Part shown: positions 57,602 to 64,000 of the stretch, in pieces
How the letters are laid out: every line of letters starts with the position of its first letter
How positions within the stretch are numbered: position 1 is the stretch's first letter
Assembly: GCA_965230295.1 (NCBI GenBank)
Contig: OZ246001.1
Span: forward strand, 576,001-640,000
From: Marinicella sp.
GTDB taxonomy: Bacteria; Pseudomonadota; Gammaproteobacteria; Xanthomonadales; Marinicellaceae
DNA: 64,000 nucleotides
Reading direction: 5' to 3'
The notes under the pieces: model-generated
Told to the model about the DNA's origin: nothing
What the model saw: the letters and a program-made list of their open reading frames with translations, nothing else
Databases searched by the model: none
Position numbers and translations under genes: made by a program

Positions 57602-58936
57602 TTATTGATTTGTGGCCAAGATTTCAACTTCTGGCAGGGTTAAAATGGCTTGGGTTCCTGCTCCCAGCTCGCTTTCAAATGAAATGTCCCACTGGCATTG
57701 TTGACACACCATATCAACGATGGACAGCCCCAGTCCAAAGCCTTTTTCCTCACCGTGTTCATCCGCCCGATAGAAGGGTTCCATGATGCGTTTCAGTTGT
57801 TCTTCATTCATGCCCTTGCCATTGTCTTGTATGATGATATTCGAGCCGTCCACCACAACAGTGATTTCTGCGGATTCAACTGAATAAATACATGCATTTC
57901 GAACCAAATTACTGATCACAATAGCAAACAACTGTTCTGAAATATGGGCTTGAATCAGGTTTTTCGGTTGCCAATTCAATTTGATGTTTCGAGGGTCAAA
58001 TAATCTGATGGTATCTTCAACAGTGCTTTTCAATAAATCATTGATTAACAGTGGTTCATCGGAAATTTCAATCACTTCATCACGTGATAGCATCAACAAC
58101 GCTTCTATCAATGCCTGCATGTCCTCAATCATGGGTTGCATGCGATCGACCAGTTGATGCCCTTTGTCTGTAAGTTCCTGGCGTTTCAACAATGACATGG
58201 AACCTCGCAACACCGTCAGTGGTGTTCTGAGTTCATGTGAAGCATAACGTGAGAAATTGCGTTCTCGATTGATCAATTCTGAGATCCGATCAGAGAAATT
58301 TTGGAAGGTATCAATCAAAGTATTAACGTCAACATTGCCAATTTTTTTGATGTCATCAAATTCCAGATCGTGCAAACCTGAACGCGATATTTTCGCACTT
58401 TCTAAACGGTTGACCAACTTCAACACCGGAGAAAAGGCACGCTTAGAAAACACAAATGAAATGAATGCCGGCAAATACACGATCAACAACACGATGATCA
58501 ACGGTGTGATACCAAAATACAGCGCCAGCTTGGATACTTGCGCTTCTTCAAACACCAAAATCAGTTTTCTGTTGCCCTTCTCCGTCACGTAAGCGATGGG
58601 TTTTTTGCCATTGATTGATATCCTTTGGTATTGCTCAGTGATGTTCTTCAGTGCTGCAGGCACTTTTGAGTAATCATCATCGTAAATCATGTAACCGGTC
58701 AGATTCATGGTTACAGGTAACGGAAAATCAGGTTTTTGTGCTTTGTGCTCCCAATAAAATTCCGCTTCACCTATCAAGGCCTCCTTGATCAGCACGTCTT
58801 CTACCACTTTTGCGGCACCAATCACGCCCCCAATGGTAGCAATGCTGATGAAAATAATTTGGAAGATGAACACCTTATTGAGGCGGCTGACCATGCTCCC
58901 TTTGGCTGCTTTGTTCTTTTTGACCGTTTTTTTCAT
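57602..58936 (-). CDS. Sensor histidine kinase (ColS-like)
   Basis: 2 TM; ASHELRTPL, NLVRNA, DNGKG, GFGLGL. Confidence 0.92.
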   Translation of the reverse strand: MKKTVKKNKAAKGSMVSRLNKVFIFQIIFISIATIGGVIGAAKVVEDVLIKEALIGEAEFYWEHKAQKPDFPLPVTMNLTGYMIYDDDYSKVPAALKNITEQYQRISINGKKPIAYVTEKGNRKLILVFEEAQVSKLALYFGITPLIIVLLIVYLPAFISFVFSKRAFSPVLKLVNRLESAKISRSGLHDLEFDDIKKIGNVDVNTLIDTFQNFSDRISELINRERNFSRYASHELRTPLTVLRGSMSLLKRQELTDKGHQLVDRMQPMIEDMQALIEALLMLSRDEVIEISDEPLLINDLLKSTVEDTIRLFDPRNIKLNWQPKNLIQAHISEQLFAIVISNLVRNACIYSVESAEITVVVDGSNIIIQDNGKGMNEEQLKRIMEPFYRADEHGEEKGFGLGLSIVDMVCQQCQWDISFESELGAGTQAILTLPEVEILATNQ

Positions 58937-59976
58937 GAACTGGATGACTGTTGTTTACTGAACAAATAATGCGCCACAAACCACTGCCTACCTTGGTCAT
59001 AACCGAACAACTCGGCACATGACATGAAGAAAATTCGCCAGCGCTGAAACCACAATTTGGCCTCGGCACCATAAACTTGATCGAAGATTGGCATTATTTG
59101 TGCTTTGTTTTGGTCCATGTTTTCCAACCAATGATTAGAAGTTTTTTCATAATGCTGACCAGAGTTTAGCCAACGTCTTTCTATTTTAAGTTGTTCTTGA
59201 AAATGATAAAAGGTGTCTGCCGCAGGCATTTGCCCACCGCTGAAAAAGTACTTGGCCATCCAATTATCTTCACCTTCAGCGATAAAAGGATACATCAAAA
59301 AACGATGACAAAATACATGCACAAACAATTTACCATCGGGATTAAGCCAACCAGCAATGTTTTTAAATAAATTTTGGTAATTCCTGACATGTTCAAACAT
59401 TTCAATTGAGATCACACGATCGAACTGTTGGTGCAGTTCCAGCTCGTTGATGTCACATGTGATGATGTTGATATTTTCAAACCCTTTGGCTTGTGCCTGA
59501 GACATGATGTGGCGACGTTGTGAATTTGAATTAGAAACACCTGTAATTTTAGAGTTGGGCAATTTTTCTGCCAAATACAAGGTGATTGACCCCCATCCAC
59601 ACCCTAACTCAAGAATGTCTTGACCATCTATGAACTGTCCACGTTCAAGGTAAAGTGCCAACATGGCCTCTTCTGCCTCATCCAAAGTTTCATTATCATG
59701 GTAGTAACACGATGAGTATTTTCTTCTGGCACCCAAGGCATATTGATAAAAATCGGCATCCACTTCGTAGTGTTGCTCATTGGCTTTGTCGGTATCGATG
59801 GCCAATGCAGAAGTTTTGATCTCTTCGAGAAACTCATGGTACCTGGCATCACATTGTTCTACATCATCTGCTTTTTCCTCTACCAACCGCTGCCTGACCA
59901 ATTTTCTGATGCCTGCTCTGACCACAAAGTCAGGTAAATAGCCTTTCTCGATCCATTGAATCAGTGTTTTAATCAT
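58933..59976 (-). CDS. CFA-synthase/coclaurine N-methyltransferase-like SAM methyltransferase
   Basis: ANEQHYE, KYSSC, LELGCGWG, SIEMFEH; start moved to MIKTL. Confidence 0.88.
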   Translation of the reverse strand: MIKTLIQWIEKGYLPDFVVRAGIRKLVRQRLVEEKADDVEQCDARYHEFLEEIKTSALAIDTDKANEQHYEVDADFYQYALGARRKYSSCYYHDNETLDEAEEAMLALYLERGQFIDGQDILELGCGWGSITLYLAEKLPNSKITGVSNSNSQRRHIMSQAQAKGFENINIITCDINELELHQQFDRVISIEMFEHVRNYQNLFKNIAGWLNPDGKLFVHVFCHRFLMYPFIAEGEDNWMAKYFFSGGQMPAADTFYHFQEQLKIERRWLNSGQHYEKTSNHWLENMDQNKAQIMPIFDQVYGAEAKLWFQRWRIFFMSCAELFGYDQGRQWFVAHYLFSKQQSSSS

Positions 59977-60748
59977 TTTGGGGTCTCCATAGTATAAAAG
60001 GACTGGTTTTGTCCATATAGTCTCTGTAAGCTTGTCCACGTTTTTTCAAGGCTTGCTGTTCTGAAAATGGGATGCCGGTCAATTTCAACAAAAACAACAG
60101 CATCAAAAAGACCACGGCAATTGACCACCAAAAATATTCACTGCCCCACAACAATATGGGATAAACAAACCAATGCAACCACTCGAAAAAGTAATTGGGG
60201 TGTCTGGAATAACGCCACAAACCCACATCACACACTTTTGAAGTGTCATGACTGCGTTTAAAACTCAACAGTTGTCGATCAGACACTGTCACCCCTACCA
60301 GAGCCACACCACCGACAATCAGACTGGTCACGACCTGTGACCATTGCAACTGGGCTGTGGTCAGCACCCAATATGCGGTCAGCGAAAACAGGACTGACAG
60401 GCCAGCCTGAAACATGAAAAAGGACAGAAATTTAATTTGGGTGTTAGCTGACCAGTGGGCCCTTAAATTTTGATATCGACTGTCTTCATGGTTGGCATCA
60501 TAGCGATCGACCAAATGAAACAACAACCGGCTGTACCATATGACTGGGAAAACAAACACCACCCACATGGTCAAATCATCAGCGGGAATCAGAAACATAT
60601 AAATCACCGTACAAACGATGATACCTAAGGTCCAAGCTATGTCTACGGTATCGGCATTGTTGTTTTTGCGCTGAAGATGCCAGGCAAATAACTGTAACAA
60701 TACACATGCCAGGGATGCATAAACAATGGGGTGATTAAGCCACAACAT
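59969..60748 (-). CDS. DUF1295 (steroid 5-alpha-reductase-like) membrane protein
   Basis: VDIAW, EDSRY, GLWRYSRHPNYFFEW, TGIP..E. Confidence 0.88.
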   Translation of the reverse strand: MLWLNHPIVYASLACVLLQLFAWHLQRKNNNADTVDIAWTLGIIVCTVIYMFLIPADDLTMWVVFVFPVIWYSRLLFHLVDRYDANHEDSRYQNLRAHWSANTQIKFLSFFMFQAGLSVLFSLTAYWVLTTAQLQWSQVVTSLIVGGVALVGVTVSDRQLLSFKRSHDTSKVCDVGLWRYSRHPNYFFEWLHWFVYPILLWGSEYFWWSIAVVFLMLLFLLKLTGIPFSEQQALKKRGQAYRDYMDKTSPFILWRPQND

Positions 60749-61259
60749 TTTTGTTCAACTCCTTGTTCTGGGTGAGTAACACCAGTGCCGCAAAATACAG
60801 CAGCCATGTGATACCAACAAAGGACATGGCTTGCCACAAATTATTGATCGAGATGGCACCTAATTTGGCTGCTGAAAAGTAACTCAATGGTGCGCCAATC
60901 AACATGAAGGCCCCACCGATGATTGGATTATTCAACAACCATTGCATGCCCACACGGACAGTGGCCGCAAAGCCTACCCACAACATCATGATCCATGCCG
61001 GTGGCAAATAACTGACTTCATGCAGGGTATGGCTGTAGGTGATGACGCCTTGAAATGCCAGAAACCCGTCAAACAACAATCCACACAACACACTCAAGAC
61101 CATGATTTTGCGATCAGTTTTGTTGATGCCCTGATAGATGAATGTAACCAATAACAGCAGGCTCAGCATCAGCAATGCCGGCCACAACATCTGGTTCGCC
61201 GCACCCAAAACACTGGCAAACCACAACAAATTCAGTAAAGTGATGTTGATCAATATCAT
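60735..61259 (-). CDS. DUF2878 membrane protein
   Basis: N..WFA.V, P.W...LW..FA, GAPLSY..A..LGA; start moved to MILINI. Confidence 0.8.
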   Translation of the reverse strand: MILINITLLNLLWFASVLGAANQMLWPALLMLSLLLLVTFIYQGINKTDRKIMVLSVLCGLLFDGFLAFQGVITYSHTLHEVSYLPPAWIMMLWVGFAATVRVGMQWLLNNPIIGGAFMLIGAPLSYFSAAKLGAISINNLWQAMSFVGITWLLYFAALVLLTQNKELNKNVVA

Positions 61260-62521
61260 TATTTTACGGCCAAAATAGCATCTCTGCGATTGAGTGATTT
61301 GGCAAACACCAAGTGAACATCGCTGATCGCCCTTTCGATGAAACCACCTTCGCAGTAGCTGAAATAGAAGCGCCACATGCGTTGAAAGTCTTTGCCATAA
61401 CCCGCTTGTTCAATGGCATCAATGTTTTGATTGAATTTGTCGTGCCAATCCCTCAATGTAAAAGCGTAGCTTTCACCAAAATCTTCAAGATTAATCAGTT
61501 TCATTTCTGTGCTCTTGGCATTGGCGGTTGCAATGGCACCCACTGATGGGATGAAACTACCAGGAAATATGTATTTCTTGATGAAATCGACCGATTTCAA
61601 TGCCATTTCATAGCGGTGGTCTTCAATGGTGATGGCTTGGATCAAAGCCAGTCCATCAGGCTTGAGTAAATCATCACACTTTTTTAAATAAGTGGGCAAA
61701 TAATGGTGACCCACGGCTTCAATCATTTCTATAGAGACCAACTTGTCAAATTGACCATTCAACAATCGATAATCTTTTTTCAGCAAAGTGATTTGATCCT
61801 CTAAACCTTTGGCACTGATTTGTTCTGCTGCATAGGCATGCTGCTCTTCTGAAATGGTGGTCGTGGTCACATGACAGCCATAATTTTCAGCGGCATAAAT
61901 GGCAAAACCACCCCAGCCTGTGCCAATCTCGACCACTTGGTCGGTAGGCTGTAATTGTAATTTCTCACAGATGGTTCTGAGTTTCCTTTCACTGGCCACT
62001 TCCAGATCTTCATCAGATGTGTGGTAAATGGCCGATGAATACATCATCCTGGCATCTAAAAATTCCTTGAACAAATCATTGCCTAAATCGTAGTGACCAG
62101 CAATGTTCTTTCGGCTGCCTTTGAGTGTATTTTTATTAAAGAAATGCCCCACCTTCAGCAACGAATTCTTGATCCTGGCACTGCCGCCTTCCATGTTATC
62201 CAGTAAAGACCTGTTGCGAACAAAAATTTGTATCAAGTGCGTCAAATGATCACAGTCCCAATCACCAGCGATGTAAGACTCTGCTGCTCCAACACTGCCT
62301 TGAAAAGCCACATCTGAATAAAAGTTATCATTGTGCAAACTGATCACGGCTTTGAGGTCTGCCTGCTCATCACCAAACACATAGGTTTCATCAGGAGCAT
62401 GGATGGTCAGTTGGGCTTGTTTCAACTGATTCAAATGCTGAATGACTTGTTTCTTGATGAAACTTTTCATCCACCCAGCTTTGCTTGATCTTTTACTGCT
62501 TAAGGCTTCACTGTGGTTCAT
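61259..62521 (-). CDS. Cyclopropane-fatty-acyl-phospholipid synthase family methyltransferase
   Basis: NIAGHYDLGN, MMYSSA, EIGTGWG, SIEMIEAVG, KYIFPG, YCEGGF. Confidence 0.92.
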   Translation of the reverse strand: MNHSEALSSKRSSKAGWMKSFIKKQVIQHLNQLKQAQLTIHAPDETYVFGDEQADLKAVISLHNDNFYSDVAFQGSVGAAESYIAGDWDCDHLTHLIQIFVRNRSLLDNMEGGSARIKNSLLKVGHFFNKNTLKGSRKNIAGHYDLGNDLFKEFLDARMMYSSAIYHTSDEDLEVASERKLRTICEKLQLQPTDQVVEIGTGWGGFAIYAAENYGCHVTTTTISEEQHAYAAEQISAKGLEDQITLLKKDYRLLNGQFDKLVSIEMIEAVGHHYLPTYLKKCDDLLKPDGLALIQAITIEDHRYEMALKSVDFIKKYIFPGSFIPSVGAIATANAKSTEMKLINLEDFGESYAFTLRDWHDKFNQNIDAIEQAGYGKDFQRMWRFYFSYCEGGFIERAISDVHLVFAKSLNRRDAILAVK

Positions 62522-62572
62522 GGTATTGTCTCCAACGGTTCAACGTCCCGTAATGTTTGTTGTATCAAATTC

Positions 62573-63361
62573 TTATTTCAAGGTTTTCGGGTGGGCAAAA
62601 AAAGGTACTCGTTTCAGCCATAATTTTAAGGCTTGCCAATAAATGCCCAGCGACATTTTCCAAGGTTGAAATGACCTCTTCAATGCAAAGCTGTTGATGT
62701 TATTTTCCATAACAGGTGTGATTTTCGTGTCTAAAACAACATTCAAAACATTCACGTCATTTTTATCCACTGCCATCCTCACCCCTATTCTTTCTGGGGA
62801 AACACTGAAATCCCAGCGGTAAGACATCTGCATGTCCATAAACGGTGAAATATGGAATTGTTTAGCAAAAGAAAACGCGTAATTGCCTTGATTGATGATG
62901 GCTTGATGGCAGTCATGAAGATACAAGTGTTTTTCACCCCATGGGGTGTTGGTGATTTCAGACACGATGTAACGCAATTTTTGATCGTTATAACAAAAAT
63001 AGAAATTAACCGAATTGAATCCATACCCTAAAAACCGGGGGTGGGTGAACAAAAACACCTGCCCCTTAAATTCAAGGCCTGTTTGTTGTTGCAAAAAGGA
63101 CTCAAGTTTCTCCTTGATTGGCAATTGTTCCTGATTGATGTAATCTTTGTCATGAAGGCTAAAAACTGCGAATTTATTGTGTTGCCAAAACTTTGATTTT
63201 TCTGTCCATTGGTTGAATTTATCCAAGTCAAACAAACACCAACACATTTGATACTTAAAGCGGTGTTTTTTGGGTACTTTGCGGTTGTGGATCACATAAC
63301 CATCCGCAAACCCGGGTCGAATCTGGCTGAGTTCTTTGATCATTTGTTGACCCAGATTCAT
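62573..63361 (-). CDS. DUF1365 family protein
   Basis: H.R..P..H.F.Y, FN.V.FYFCY, EITNTPWGE, K.FH.SPFM, IYWQAL.LWLK. Confidence 0.9.
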   Translation of the reverse strand: MNLGQQMIKELSQIRPGFADGYVIHNRKVPKKHRFKYQMCWCLFDLDKFNQWTEKSKFWQHNKFAVFSLHDKDYINQEQLPIKEKLESFLQQQTGLEFKGQVFLFTHPRFLGYGFNSVNFYFCYNDQKLRYIVSEITNTPWGEKHLYLHDCHQAIINQGNYAFSFAKQFHISPFMDMQMSYRWDFSVSPERIGVRMAVDKNDVNVLNVVLDTKITPVMENNINSFALKRSFQPWKMSLGIYWQALKLWLKRVPFFAHPKTLK

Positions 63362-64000
63362 AACAACCCTTTCAACAAAGCAGCCACTTCGACACCACTT
63401 CTTGCACCATCCTCATGAAAGCCCCAACCCAAATAAGCGCCACAGTAATAAGTGTTCTGCTGTCCTTGTAATTGTTGGATTTGTTTCTGTGCCACCAATG
63501 TTTCCCGGGTATAAACAGGGTGGTGGTATTTTTTGGACAATAAGATTTTATTCGGGTCTATGTATTCATTTTGATTCAAGCTCACCACCACCGGGGTGTC
63601 ACAGGGCAATGACTGTAATAAATTCATGTAATAATTGACGGTACAAACAGGCTTGGCTGTGGCGTGTTTGTTAACGCTCCAACTGGCCCAGGCTTGTTTA
63701 TTTTTCGGCAACAGGCTGGCATCGGTGTGTAAATCCATATGATTTTCTACATAAGGGATACCACTGAGTGCAACTTGTTCTGCCTGACTGGGTTGGGACA
63801 ACATCTGCAAGCTGGTGTCCGTGTGGGTGGCAAAAACCACATAATCAAAGGTTTCTGCTCCTGCCTGGGTCACCACCTCCACTTGAGGACCACCGCGGTT
63901 AACTGCATACACAGTCGTGTCCAATTTTATTTTTCCAGTCATGTGCTCTTCAATGGCTTTGACGTAAGCTTTTGAACCCTGCTTGATGGTTCGCCATTCT
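63358..64000 (-). CDS. FAD-dependent oxidoreductase/desaturase, C-terminal part (begins outside window)
   Basis: FD.VVFATH, LHTD..LLP...AWASW, Y.HP, GAY.G.GFHEDG..SG. Confidence 0.88.
   Translation of the reverse strand, partial: EWRTIKQGSKAYVKAIEEHMTGKIKLDTTVYAVNRGGPQVEVVTQAGAETFDYVVFATHTDTSLQMLSQPSQAEQVALSGIPYVENHMDLHTDASLLPKNKQAWASWSVNKHATAKPVCTVNYYMNLLQSLPCDTPVVVSLNQNEYIDPNKILLSKKYHHPVYTRETLVAQKQIQQLQGQQNTYYCGAYLGWGFHEDGARSGVEVAALLKGLL

Overview
Mostly core-genome window of a moderate-GC gammaproteobacterium. Gene content (murL/murD2, 41-aa bL36, 'DLIFxDxFE' and 'GAWFNP..GHG' secreted-protein motifs) suggests a Marinicella/Xanthomonadales-like marine organism; this is inference only. Housekeeping blocks: hppD-marR, uup, rlmE-ftsH-folP-glmM-PCuAC-queA, rplU-rpmA-obgE, pmbA-murL-murD2, yjgA, tRNA-Val(GAC), a glycosyltransferase cluster, an ECF sigma/anti-sigma/PDZ operon and a fatty-acid modification (cfa/DUF1365/FAD oxidoreductase) cluster. 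No transposase, integrase, phage gene or CRISPR array is seen. Most interesting signals: (1) three dispersed copies (904-1377, 33116-33492, 56739-56885) of a structured non-coding element with a conserved core, compensatory base changes and shuffled plug-in hairpin modules; (2) an operon encoding a pentaheme cytochrome c plus an apparently split, non-canonical copper-amine-oxidase-like enzyme (45751-50016); (3) a circularly permuted copy of a secreted beta-rich domain in two neighbouring genes; (4) a probable sRNA at the GcvB position with an anti-SD loop. All family calls come from motif recognition by eye, not from database searches.
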